Source: Candidatus Hadarchaeota archaeon
GTDB lineage: Archaea; Hadarchaeota; Hadarchaeia; Hadarchaeales; JAWBSP01
Assembly: GCA_964474885.1 (NCBI GenBank)
Contig: CAYYWO010000006.1
Span: forward strand, 1-58,452
Reading direction: 5' to 3'
Length of the DNA: 58,452 nucleotides
How positions within the stretch are numbered: position 1 is the first letter of the stretch; each line of letters begins with the position of its first letter. Positions 38,489 to 47,594 of the stretch are shown here, in pieces. The notes under the pieces were generated by a model. The model did no database searches. It was not told the DNA's origin and was given only the letters and a program-made list of their open reading frames with translations. The translations under genes were made by a program, and so were the position numbers.

Positions 38489-39650
38489 GCATGAGGTCTT
38501 CTGCTTCAAAAAACCCCAAGGAGCCCTTCTTGCAAGCGAACTCATCGTACACCAGCCCGTCCCCCTCCATCCCCGGCTGGTAGATCACGACAGGGACAGG
38601 ATCCGGGACGTGTGTGCGGACTGTAATAGGCGTGGGGTGATCAGGCAGGAAGGCTATCTTCGCATTGGGGTGTTCATCGAGAATCTTCCCCAGTAGCTCC
38701 GCATCTATGCGCTCAATGGCTTTGATCTTCTCCTCCACGTTTCCCTCGTGCCCCGCCTCGTCCGGAGCCTCCACATGAACGTAGGCCAGATCCAAGTCAA
38801 GTTCTTCGATTGCCTTCAAGGCGTACTCGGCCTTCGCACGAAGATCCGTGTTGTAGTATCCTGTTGCACCCGGCACTTCTGGTACCCACATGTTTGTCAA
38901 CACCCCTAACCCCTTGATCAAGTAGACTGCGGAGATCATGGCACCTCTTATGCCAAACTTCTCCTGCAGAGGCTCCATTTGAGGCTTTCTCCCCTGCCCC
39001 CACAGCCAGATCATGTTCCCAGGCCTCTTTCCCTGCGACTTTCTTCTCACATTCACGGGGTGATTTTCCAGCAGTTGCCGCGAGTCTAGCATCAGCCTAT
39101 TCAGTTTCTCCGCCCAAGGATTTCCAATAGGGCCCAGTAGGTAAGGGCGGAAATCCCTCCCGGTTATGTCGTGGGGAGGCGTGTAAGTTAGAGCATCATC
39201 ACATTCATCTAGGACGAAAAGGTTCCGATAGTCCAGACCTAAATAGAAATGACCAAACGGTGTCCAATCATTCAGAGCTTTTATGAGCTCAGCTGCCTCC
39301 GCCTTGCTTATGTGCCCCGCCGAGTAGTCCTCGATTATATCTCCTCTGACCGTGATCAGATTGCACCTGAAGAAGACTTTGTTCTCCAACTCAAAGCCAA
39401 AAGCTGCCGCTTCCAAGGGACCTCTCCCCGTATAGTACTTTCTTGGATTGTAACCGAGAATACACATGTTTGCCACATCCGACCCAGGGTGCATGCCCCT
39501 CGGCACCGTCCTAACTATTCCTACCTTACCCTTGGACGCGAGGTAGTCCAGATTTGGCTTGCATGCCACCTGGAAAGGCGTCTTCCCTCTGAGCTGGGGA
39601 ACGGGATAATCGGCGGCACCATCTGCGACGATGATAAAATACTTCATCAA
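38469..39650 (-). CDS. apgM: Cofactor-independent phosphoglycerate mutase (ApgM family)
   Basis: DGAAD, GSDVAN, GRGPLEA, HVEAPDEAGH, PDHPTP..H. Confidence 0.92.
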   Translation of the reverse strand: MMKYFIIVADGAADYPVPQLRGKTPFQVACKPNLDYLASKGKVGIVRTVPRGMHPGSDVANMCILGYNPRKYYTGRGPLEAAAFGFELENKVFFRCNLITVRGDIIEDYSAGHISKAEAAELIKALNDWTPFGHFYLGLDYRNLFVLDECDDALTYTPPHDITGRDFRPYLLGPIGNPWAEKLNRLMLDSRQLLENHPVNVRRKSQGKRPGNMIWLWGQGRKPQMEPLQEKFGIRGAMISAVYLIKGLGVLTNMWVPEVPGATGYYNTDLRAKAEYALKAIEELDLDLAYVHVEAPDEAGHEGNVEEKIKAIERIDAELLGKILDEHPNAKIAFLPDHPTPITVRTHVPDPVPVVIYQPGMEGDGLVYDEFACKKGSLGFFEAEDLMLRLIHG

Positions 39651-39672
39651 CCAATAGCTCCTTCCTTAAAAG

Positions 39673-40068
39673 CTAATAAACTTCAGAAGGGTTAAACCTC
39701 CGCTTCAGATAGATCTGCCACTTTCCTTTCCTCAGTCTCCTGAAGAAGCACGAGAAGTATCCCTCGTGGCATGCAGCGATCTTTTGCTCGACGTCATACA
39801 AGAGGCTGTCCCCATCGCAGTCCAAGTAAACCCTCCTCACTCTTTGAATGTGCCCAGAGGTCTCCCCCTTCATCCATATCTTTTTGCGTGATCTACTCCA
39901 GTAGTGCATGATACCCGTGACCATCGTACGAATAAAGGCCTCCTCATTTTGATGGGCGACCATGAGCACTTGCTTGGTTCGCCAGTCCCTCACGACGGCG
40001 GTCACAAGTCCGTCCTTGAAGTTGAGCGAGCTCAACAGTTGCCTGGCTGTTTGCTCATCTACCCTCAC
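39673..40068 (-). CDS. hisI: Phosphoribosyl-AMP cyclohydrolase
   Basis: YWSRSR, WMKGETSGH, DCDGD, ACH..SCF. Confidence 0.96.
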   Translation of the reverse strand: MRVDEQTARQLLSSLNFKDGLVTAVVRDWRTKQVLMVAHQNEEAFIRTMVTGIMHYWSRSRKKIWMKGETSGHIQRVRRVYLDCDGDSLLYDVEQKIAACHEGYFSCFFRRLRKGKWQIYLKRRFNPSEVY

Positions 40069-40339
40069 GTCTCCTCCTCCTGAGTTCCTTCTCGACCTTC
40101 GACCAGCTCACCTCATTGCTGGCGAGATAAACCAGCAGGTGGTAGATCAAGTCCGCTGCCTCCCATATTATCTCCTCTTCTTTCCTTGCATGGAGAAGCT
40201 CTTCCAGCTCCTCCCGCAACTTCTCCCTTATGTGATCCCTTCCGTGTTCGAGCAGGTAGCATGTGTAGGAGTTCGGTTTAGGGTTCGCTTTCCTATCCTC
40301 GATCACGCGAAAAAGTTCGGTTAAGATGTTTTCGGTCAT
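40055..40339 (-). CDS. hisE: Phosphoribosyl-ATP pyrophosphatase
   Basis: SYT..L, KLREE, EAADLIYH. Confidence 0.95.
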   Translation of the reverse strand: MTENILTELFRVIEDRKANPKPNSYTCYLLEHGRDHIREKLREELEELLHARKEEEIIWEAADLIYHLLVYLASNEVSWSKVEKELRRRRREGR

Positions 40340-41595
40340 GCTATCCTCTCCTTCACAGATTTTGCGTGCCAAGGCAGGGATTCCATCTCAGCCAGTGCTT
40401 GCACGATTCTCGAGAGCCTCGCCAAGCCCTCTCTAGTGAGCTTCTGGTATGGCACGAATTTGAGGAAATCCAAGACAGATAGACCCGACCTCACTCTGGC
40501 CTGCCCTCCGGTCGGCAGAACATGGCTGGGCCCCACAACGAAGTCCCCTGCTGCAACTGCTGAGTAGTGCCCCAAGAACACTTCCCCGGCGTGCTTGATC
40601 TTAGTTCTCCAGCGTTCTGGGTTGCGAACCATCAAAACCAAGTGCTCGGGGGCGTAGGCGTTAGCAAAACCGATCGCCTGCTCCAAGCTCTTGGTCAGCA
40701 CTATTCTGCTGTACTTGGAGAAGGAGCTGACAAGTACTTCGTTGTCCATCCACTGCTCCACCAGTTCCTTCACACTCCTCGCGAGCTTGGGGGAGGGAGT
40801 TAGGAGGATGGATGCTGAACAGGGATCGTGCTCTGCCTGTGCCAGCATTTCCAAGGCCACCCATTCTGGCTTGGCCGAATTGTCCGCTAGGATCATGACC
40901 TCACTCGGCCCGGCTTGGAAATCCACCTGCACCTCAGTGGAGAGTAGAGCTTTTGCTGCTTGGACCCAGACATTGCCAGGACCTACTATCTTGTCCACCT
41001 TGGGGACGGTTCTGGTTCCAAAGGCAAAGGCAGCAATCGCCTGGGCCCCACCCAGCTTGAAGATGCCGTCGACGCCCACCACATCCGCCGCCACCAAGAC
41101 GTGGGGGCTTATCCTCCCGTTCTTCGGAGGAGTGGCGATGTATATCTCATCCACCCCCGCAACCCTCGCCGGTATGCACGTCATGAGCACCGTGGATGGA
41201 TACCCGGACCTCCCCCCGGGGACGTAGATGCCCACCCTGGGAATGGGCCGGATCATGACACCGACGGTTGCGCCCTTGGATACCTTGTACCTCCGTTCCT
41301 TGGGGAGCTGCTTCCGGTGAAACCTCTCTATTATGCGGGCCGCCTCCCGGATGATCCGCACTTTTCGCTCGCCGATTTCCTCATAGGCATCGACGATCTC
41401 CTCATCCGAGACTTCCAGACTCCTGAGCCTGCTTCCGTCCAGCTCGAGTTCCAGCTGGAAGAGGGCGCGGTCACCTTCTTTTTTCACTCGGTTCAAGATC
41501 TGTCTGACCCTAGGCATGACGGACTTGGTATCCAGCTCGGAGCGTCTGAGGAGTTTGGGCCAGTTCCTTTTGTTCAGTCTGACTATTTTCGGCAT
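40336..41595 (-). CDS. hisD: Histidinol dehydrogenase
   Basis: YVPGG, GGAQAI, GPGN, AGPSE, QAEH, APEH, SHVLPT. Confidence 0.97.
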   Translation of the reverse strand: MPKIVRLNKRNWPKLLRRSELDTKSVMPRVRQILNRVKKEGDRALFQLELELDGSRLRSLEVSDEEIVDAYEEIGERKVRIIREAARIIERFHRKQLPKERRYKVSKGATVGVMIRPIPRVGIYVPGGRSGYPSTVLMTCIPARVAGVDEIYIATPPKNGRISPHVLVAADVVGVDGIFKLGGAQAIAAFAFGTRTVPKVDKIVGPGNVWVQAAKALLSTEVQVDFQAGPSEVMILADNSAKPEWVALEMLAQAEHDPCSASILLTPSPKLARSVKELVEQWMDNEVLVSSFSKYSRIVLTKSLEQAIGFANAYAPEHLVLMVRNPERWRTKIKHAGEVFLGHYSAVAAGDFVVGPSHVLPTGGQARVRSGLSVLDFLKFVPYQKLTREGLARLSRIVQALAEMESLPWHAKSVKERIA

Positions 41596-42167
41596 CACAG
41601 GCTCTCTTTGGTGCTCGGAATGCCCACACCGGGGCGGCGAGTGCTGGCCCTGCAAAGAGCTAGGCCCAAGGCCTTGAAGATTGCTTCTGCTTGGTGATGA
41701 TCCTCCCCCTTCCTCAAGACCAGCACGTGCAAGTTGAACCTGCCGAAAGAAGCGAAACTACGGAGACCGTGTTCTATTAAATCTGCCTCCAGATCCTCCA
41801 GTTTCCTCTTGGTGAACTTCGCGTTGCTCTGGAAGTACGACCGCCCGCTTAGGTCAACCGAAACCAAAACCAGTGCATCATCCATCGGTACCGTGGCCTC
41901 TCCGAACCTCCAGATGTCCCTTTTCTCCCCCAGCGCCTGGAGGAGTGCCTGGCCCAAGCAAATGAACACATCCTCGACCACATGATGCTTCAGATCCCCC
42001 TCAGCCTTCAGCTTGAGGTCGAAGCCCGCGTGTCTGGTCATGCTTTCCAACATGTGATTCAAGAATCTCACACCGGTCGAGACCTCGGTCTTTCCCTTCC
42101 CATCCAACTCCAATTCCACACTCACCCAGGTCTCTTTGGTACGCCTCGTGAGTTCGGCTCTTCTCAC
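41595..42167 (-). CDS. hisB: Imidazoleglycerol-phosphate dehydratase
   Basis: RRTKET, FLNHM, HHVVED, PMDD, HHQAEAIFKA, PSTK. Confidence 0.96.
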   Translation of the reverse strand: MRRAELTRRTKETWVSVELELDGKGKTEVSTGVRFLNHMLESMTRHAGFDLKLKAEGDLKHHVVEDVFICLGQALLQALGEKRDIWRFGEATVPMDDALVLVSVDLSGRSYFQSNAKFTKRKLEDLEADLIEHGLRSFASFGRFNLHVLVLRKGEDHHQAEAIFKALGLALCRASTRRPGVGIPSTKESL

Positions 42168-42877
42168 CCGGCCACCTCCTGAGCTTCTCTAAGAGTGAAC
42201 CTGCCCTCATAAAGTGCCATCCCAAGGATTACCCCAGCAGCACCCCAATCTCTCGCCCTTCTGATATCCTCCAGCGTTGCAATCCCCCCAGCCAGGAATA
42301 CCGGTACGCGCACGCTCCGGATCAGCTCGCTTGCCAGTTTGGATCTCAAGCCTGCTTGGGTGCCCTCCGTGTCCACCTCAGTGTACAAAATCCCAACTCC
42401 CAGCCTCTCGAACCCCCGGGCCAGCTCGAGAGGGGAAAATTCCGTTTTCTCCTTCCATCCCCTCCGGACAACCCTACCCCGGGAGGAATCCAACGCAACC
42501 ATAACCCTCTCCTTTCCCGCCTTCTCCACGATTTCCCTCAGCAGCTCTGCATTCTCGGTCGCTAGCGTCCCTAAGATGACACGATCCGCCCCCACTCCTA
42601 GGAGCTCGAACGCCCTTTCCTTCGTTCTTATCCCTCCACCCACCTGCACCCTAGCAAGCCCTCCCACGCTAGCTAGGATCTCGACTACCCGATTAAAATT
42701 GTCGCCCTCCCCGCGGGCGGCATCCAAGTCCACCACGTGCAACCAAGTCGCACCCTCGTGGATCCATTTCATGGCAACCTCGACCGGGTCGCCTATCACC
42801 TTCCCCGTGCCCGGTTGGCCGCGCACCCACTTCACGCATTTTCCCCGGTGGATGTCAATGCTTGGGATAACGAGCAT
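42164..42877 (-). CDS. hisA: ProFAR isomerase
   Basis: IPSIDI, LHVVDLD, VGGGIR, AGGI, GMALY. Confidence 0.95.
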   Translation of the reverse strand: MLVIPSIDIHRGKCVKWVRGQPGTGKVIGDPVEVAMKWIHEGATWLHVVDLDAARGEGDNFNRVVEILASVGGLARVQVGGGIRTKERAFELLGVGADRVILGTLATENAELLREIVEKAGKERVMVALDSSRGRVVRRGWKEKTEFSPLELARGFERLGVGILYTEVDTEGTQAGLRSKLASELIRSVRVPVFLAGGIATLEDIRRARDWGAAGVILGMALYEGRFTLREAQEVAG

Positions 42878-42955
42878 TAAAAATGTTCTCCTGGTTGAAA
42901 AACAACAGAGCGGGTAATTTGTCCGATATTCATGGCTAAAAATATATATGCTAAA

Positions 42956-42979
42956 TATACGTATACATACGTACGTATG
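42956..42979. promoter_or_regulatory. Putative TA autoregulatory operator (adjacent palindromes)
   Basis: TATACGTATA (42956-65) and CATACGTACGTATG (42966-79), both perfect palindromes; the second includes the antitoxin ATG; AT-rich TATA-like tract just upstream. Confidence 0.6.
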
Positions 42980-43186
42980 AAGACAATCGTCGTAAGAGAC
43001 GAGGTTTATGAATTGTTGCGCAAGATGAAAAAGGAAGGAGAATCTTTCTCTGATGTAATACTCAGGCTCGCCAAAGGAAGGAGAGGAGATGAGGTGCTTA
43101 AAAAGTATGTAGGCTCCTTGGCTGGCAGTGACCTTCCAGAATTTGTGCTAAAGGAAAGACTGAGGCTGAGAGAATTTGATCTTTGA
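42977..43186 (+). CDS. Antitoxin (DUF217/VapB-like)
   Basis: MKTI..DEVY..L..K.EGESFSDVI.RL pattern; overlaps the PIN gene. Confidence 0.88.
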   Translation: MKTIVVRDEVYELLRKMKKEGESFSDVILRLAKGRRGDEVLKKYVGSLAGSDLPEFVLKERLRLREFDL

Positions 43187-43571
43187 TACCTCAGCCCTTT
43201 TGGCGATTTTGAAGGACGGGAGGGTGCTTGAGAAACTCGGAAAGGTAGACGCAGTTAGGATACCGTCCGTGTGCGCATTCGAGTTGCTAAGAGGGGCCGT
43301 TTATCTGAATGTTTCTAAGGGTGCAAAAAAGGAGCTGGAGGTCGTCATGGACCTCCTAGAGGAAGCTGAAATAATTCCGCTTGAGTGGAGCGATGTCAGG
43401 ATTGCATCCTACCTCTGGGCCAAGCTCAAGAGCAAGGGGATGAGTGTGCCGGATCCCGACGTGATGGCAGCAGCTACTGCTATTAGACTTGGTGAAAAGG
43501 TGGTCTCGGCCGACAGAGATTTCTGGACTATAAAAGAGGTCGCGAAAGAGCTGGAGCTAGTGCTCTTATAG
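43176..43571 (+). CDS. vapC: PIN-domain toxin
   Basis: DTS, E, D..AATA, SADRDF acidic residues. Confidence 0.92.
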   Translation: MIFDTSALLAILKDGRVLEKLGKVDAVRIPSVCAFELLRGAVYLNVSKGAKKELEVVMDLLEEAEIIPLEWSDVRIASYLWAKLKSKGMSVPDPDVMAAATAIRLGEKVVSADRDFWTIKEVAKELELVLL

Positions 43572-43601
43572 TCAAAGCGCTTTTGGCCCTCCTACATCCA
43601 C

Positions 43602-44459
43602 TCAGGGGATTATGCGCTCGATCGGCACTACCAGAATGTCCCTGGCACCGATGCGTTTTGCCTCCCTTATCACCCTAGCTACTTCGGAGTCCTCGACCAC
43701 TGCCTGGACCGCCACCATGGGCGTCTCTGCCTCCACCTTCGAAACGGTGGGGCCGGCCATGCCGGGCATAATCTGCTTTATCTGCTCCAGCTTATCCTCG
43801 GGCAGGTTCATGAGCACGAGCTTCCTCCCTCGCGCGGTCACCACAGCTTCCAGGGACATCTTCAAGTTCTCTATTTTCTCCCTCTTCTGCCGGTAGCTCT
43901 CCGGGTTCGCCACCAGCCTGGCCGAGCTCTCTAGGATCACGTCCACCACCTTCAGCCCGTGTGCCTTTAGGGTGTACCCCGTCTCCACCACATCCGTTAT
44001 GAGGTCCGCAACCCCGATCAGGGGTGAGATCTCCGCCGCGCCCGTCAGGCGTATCACCTCCGCCTGGATCCCCCTTCCCTCGAAGTACTGGATGGTCAGG
44101 TTTGGAAACTCCGTTGCCACCCTCACAGGTGATCGCAGATCGGCCGCACTTTTTATGCCAGAGGACTCGGGGGCGGCGAGAACGAGCCTGGTTCGCCCGA
44201 ATCTCAAGTCCAAGAGTTCCACCACCTTGGCCCGGCGTTCGCGGATCAAGTCGTAGCCCGTTATTCCTACATCCGTGAAGCCTCCCGCCACGAAGTCGGG
44301 TATGTCCTCAGCCCTGGCGAAGACCACCTCTATCTCCGGGTCATTGGTCCTGGCGAAGAGCTCCCTGCCTCCTCTCCCTAGGATCTCCAAACCCGACTCC
44401 CTCAGCACCCTCAGGCTCTGCTCCTCCAGGTGCCCCTTCGGGACCGCTAGTCTGATCAT
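43602..44459 (-). CDS. hisG: ATP phosphoribosyltransferase (long form)
   Basis: LAVPKG, DVGITGYD, VATEFP, DVVETG, PGMAGPTV. Confidence 0.96.
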   Translation of the reverse strand: MIRLAVPKGHLEEQSLRVLRESGLEILGRGGRELFARTNDPEIEVVFARAEDIPDFVAGGFTDVGITGYDLIRERRAKVVELLDLRFGRTRLVLAAPESSGIKSAADLRSPVRVATEFPNLTIQYFEGRGIQAEVIRLTGAAEISPLIGVADLITDVVETGYTLKAHGLKVVDVILESSARLVANPESYRQKREKIENLKMSLEAVVTARGRKLVLMNLPEDKLEQIKQIMPGMAGPTVSKVEAETPMVAVQAVVEDSEVARVIREAKRIGARDILVVPIERIIP

Positions 44460-45508
44460 TTAAGCACATCCCCGAGCGCAGATATTAGCTTGTTATTTTC
44501 CTCTCTCCTGCCCACGGTTATCCTCACCCACTCCTTCCCCGCCCCCCTGAAGCGCGAAAGGCTCCGTATGAGGATCCCCTTCCGTTCCAAGGTGCTCACG
44601 AGCCTGTCCGCGTCCACCGGGGTGCGCACCATGAGGAAGTTTGCCTCGGAGGGGAGGACCTCCAGTCCCATCTCCTGCAGCCTCGCCCTCAGCCTTTCCC
44701 TCTCCTTCCTGATGCGCTCAACCACCCTCCTCATATAGGGCAAATCTTCCAGAGCTGCGGAAGCAGCTACTAGCGCGAGGGAGTTCACGCTGAACGGGAG
44801 CCTCATCTCTCTCAGCCAGCCCGATACCTCCTTGGGTAGGAGGGCGTATCCTATCCTTAGTCCGGCCAAACCGAAAGCTTTGGAGAAAGTCCGGAGCACA
44901 ATCAGGTTCTCCCATTTCCTGACCAGATCCTGCACGGAGTCTCCCGAGAACTCCACGTAGGCCTCATCGACCACCACCCACTTCCTCGTCTCAAGCAAGG
45001 AGGTGAGGAGATCCTTGGGCAGGCTGTTCCCCGTTGGGTTGTTCGGCCTGCAGATGAAAACAAGCTTGACCCGCTTAGTCTGCCTGAGGATTTTTTCGCT
45101 CCACCTGAAACCAGGCAGGCTGAAGAACACGGGTTTGGCGCCTACCAGCCTGGACCTGAGCTCGTAGATGGAAAAAGTAGGCACTGGTATCAGCACCTTG
45201 TCCTTGGGGTTTAGCAGAAGCCTGCAAACTAGATCCAAGAGCTCATCCGAGCCGTTCCCCAGTTGTATCTGGTCCACCGGGATGCCCGTGTACGCGGAGA
45301 TCTTCTTCCTGAGTTCCTCCGCCCAAGGATCCGGGTAGAAGTTCAGATCTTTCAGGACATGCCTAAGAGCAGCTCGGACACGTGGGGAGGGGGGATAGGG
45401 GCACTGGTTGGAGGCTAAGTTTATGGCCCCGGCACTGTAGCTGGTCGCGAAAGGATAGGAGCTGCTCGACTCCAAGTACTCGCGGACGACCTTCGAGATC
45501 CCGCTCAT
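44456..45508 (-). CDS. hisC: Histidinol-phosphate aminotransferase
   Basis: GNGSDE, PNNPTG, DEAY, RTFSKAFGLAGLRIG. Confidence 0.93.
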   Translation of the reverse strand: MSGISKVVREYLESSSSYPFATSYSAGAINLASNQCPYPPSPRVRAALRHVLKDLNFYPDPWAEELRKKISAYTGIPVDQIQLGNGSDELLDLVCRLLLNPKDKVLIPVPTFSIYELRSRLVGAKPVFFSLPGFRWSEKILRQTKRVKLVFICRPNNPTGNSLPKDLLTSLLETRKWVVVDEAYVEFSGDSVQDLVRKWENLIVLRTFSKAFGLAGLRIGYALLPKEVSGWLREMRLPFSVNSLALVAASAALEDLPYMRRVVERIRKERERLRARLQEMGLEVLPSEANFLMVRTPVDADRLVSTLERKGILIRSLSRFRGAGKEWVRITVGRREENNKLISALGDVLK

Positions 45509-46350
45509 CTCTCCGCTGCTAGGAGCACGTTCTGGAGGAGCATGGCCCTAGTCATCGGCCCCACCCCACCTGGCACGGGGGTTATGTACGAGACTTTTTC
45601 CGAGACCCTTTCAAAGAGCACGTCCCCCACCAGCCTGCCCTCGTGATAGCTTATCCCGACATCCACGACCACGGCGCCCTCCTTCACATGCTCCGCATCC
45701 ACGACGAACTGAGGTCTGCGTCCGACCGCCGTCACCAGGACATCTGCCTCCCTCATCCTCTCCTGGAGATTATGCGTCTTTGAATGGCAGAGCATGACCG
45801 TCGCATCTCTGTCCAGCATAAGCTTGGCGAGGGGCTTCCCCACCAAGTTGCTCCGGTTCACGATCACCACGAGCTTCCCTCTCAAAGGGATGGAGTAGTG
45901 GTCGAGGAGTTTCATGATGCCCTTGGGTGTGCAAGGCAGGAGGTCCCTGTCCAGATCGTAAGAGCCCAGCCAGAGCCTCCCCACGTTGACCGGGTGCAGG
46001 CCATCCACATCCTTTTTCGGGTCTATGGTGGAGACGAGCTGGAGGGGATCCAGATGTTTGGGTAGAGGGAGCTGAATCATAATTCCCGTGACTGAGGGGT
46101 CCCGGTTGAGGGACCTTATTTTTTCCTCTAGTTCGCCCTGCCTCACCTCCTCCGGGAGCCTGTGCAGCTCGAATTCTATCCCTACCTCCTGACAATCCCT
46201 CTGCTTCCCAAAGACGTAAGCGAGGGAAGCTGGATCCTCCCCGACAAGCAACACGCTGAGTTTGGGTGGTTTGGGCAACTGCTCGACGCGCTCCTTGATC
46301 TTTAGCCTGATCCCGCGTGCCAGGGCTTTCCCATTTAGTAGGACCGCCAT
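45505..46350 (-). CDS. folD: Methylene-THF dehydrogenase/cyclohydrolase
   Basis: QLPLP, KDVDG, PCTP, NRSNLVGKP, DVG, TPVPGGVGPMT. Confidence 0.97.
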   Translation of the reverse strand: MAVLLNGKALARGIRLKIKERVEQLPKPPKLSVLLVGEDPASLAYVFGKQRDCQEVGIEFELHRLPEEVRQGELEEKIRSLNRDPSVTGIMIQLPLPKHLDPLQLVSTIDPKKDVDGLHPVNVGRLWLGSYDLDRDLLPCTPKGIMKLLDHYSIPLRGKLVVIVNRSNLVGKPLAKLMLDRDATVMLCHSKTHNLQERMREADVLVTAVGRRPQFVVDAEHVKEGAVVVDVGISYHEGRLVGDVLFERVSEKVSYITPVPGGVGPMTRAMLLQNVLLAAER

Positions 46351-46487
46351 CTGACTCTCGCTGTTATTTCTTTTCACCTATGTAAGGACCTCGCCCATGG
46401 ACTATTTAACGTCAGAAATCATTTGTTTCGGTGACTTTTGGAGTGGTGTCCATGCTAAAGCACCTTAATTAGCCCGAAGAGAAAGAA

Positions 46488-46904
46488 ATGGTGCAGGAAG
46501 TGAGGCTTGGGGTAGTAGTCTCGGAGATGCACTGGGAAGTGACAGGAGCCATGCTGGAGTTTGCCAAGAGGCACGCGGAGATTCTGGGAGCCAAGGTGGT
46601 GCAGGAGATGAGCGTCCCAGGGGTCTTCGACATGCCCTTAGCCGTGAAGCGTCTGCTGGAATCAAAAGAGGTGGAGGCCGTGATCACGCTGGGGGCCGTG
46701 ATAGAGGGGGAAACGGAGCACGACCGGGTGATAATGAACCAGGTTACGAGAAAGCTCGTGGACCTATCCCTGCAATACAACAAGCCTGTCACTCTAGGCA
46801 TATCAGGGCCCGCCATGACGAGGCTCCAAGCACTCGAGAGGGTAAATGAGTATGCCAAGAGGGCAGTCGAGTCGGCAATCAAGCTCGTCCGCAAGCTGCG
46901 TTGA
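46488..46904 (+). CDS. ribH: 6,7-dimethyl-8-ribityllumazine synthase
   Basis: VPGVFDMP, TLGAVIEGETEHD, KPVTLGISGP. Confidence 0.95.
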   Translation: MVQEVRLGVVVSEMHWEVTGAMLEFAKRHAEILGAKVVQEMSVPGVFDMPLAVKRLLESKEVEAVITLGAVIEGETEHDRVIMNQVTRKLVDLSLQYNKPVTLGISGPAMTRLQALERVNEYAKRAVESAIKLVRKLR

Positions 46905-47523
46905 TCTCGGGGTATTGGCACTGGGCTCCCACAGGGAGAGACACGGCATCCTCCCCGAGGACTTAGATGCAAAGCTAGCCTCCTATGTGGCGCTGCAAGC
47001 CAGCCTGCGGACGGGTGCCAAGTTCTTGGGTACTGTGCTCTCCTCCCACGAACTCCCTGGCATAAACACGGGCTCTCACCAGTCGAAAAAGCAGGTTTTA
47101 AGGGAGATCAGGTGCAGACTGAAGGAGGCGAAAAGTCTGCTCGGCATAAAGGGAGTGGTAATCGTCAACGGGCACGGGGGTAACTCTCCCCTCTCAGCTG
47201 AAATTCTCAGGCTTGGGGAGGAGCTGGGCCTCCGGATGGAGTGGGACTCCACTATAGTTCAGGGCCCGCATGCAGGGCCTCAGGAGTACAGTATGGCCTG
47301 CGCCCTGGGCTTGGTGGATGCGGGTCAGGTGAAGGAACATTTGAAGCATCCGGAGGTGGGTTTCCAAGGTATGCCGGAGGTCTTGAGGAGGTACAGGTGG
47401 GCAGCCGAGGCCCTTCCCCAGCTCGAAAGATTCAGGGTGAGCAAGGGCAAAGGGAAACGCCTGCTCGAGCGCAGCATAAAATCGGTCGTCGAAAAGCTCA
47501 TCCAGCTGTCTAGGAGCTCTTAA
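46846..47523 (+). CDS. arfB: FAPy-monophosphate deformylase (creatininase family)
   Basis: LALGSH.E.HG.LP.D.D, NGHGGN, HAG..E, HPEVGF; follows ribH; start uncertain (overlaps ribH). Confidence 0.8.
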   Translation: MSMPRGQSSRQSSSSASCVDLGVLALGSHRERHGILPEDLDAKLASYVALQASLRTGAKFLGTVLSSHELPGINTGSHQSKKQVLREIRCRLKEAKSLLGIKGVVIVNGHGGNSPLSAEILRLGEELGLRMEWDSTIVQGPHAGPQEYSMACALGLVDAGQVKEHLKHPEVGFQGMPEVLRRYRWAAEALPQLERFRVSKGKGKRLLERSIKSVVEKLIQLSRSS

Positions 47524-47594
47524 AATGTTTGCAACAGACAAACAGCTCGTACGAACAGTTTTGTAACACTATTCCGGAGTTTTACCTAATCGGA

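Noticed and set aside
46846-46904. 59-bp ribH/arfB overlap as a programmed frameshift or fusion
   Set aside because: No slippery sequence seen; an in-frame ATG inside ribH gives a plausible ArfB N-terminal length
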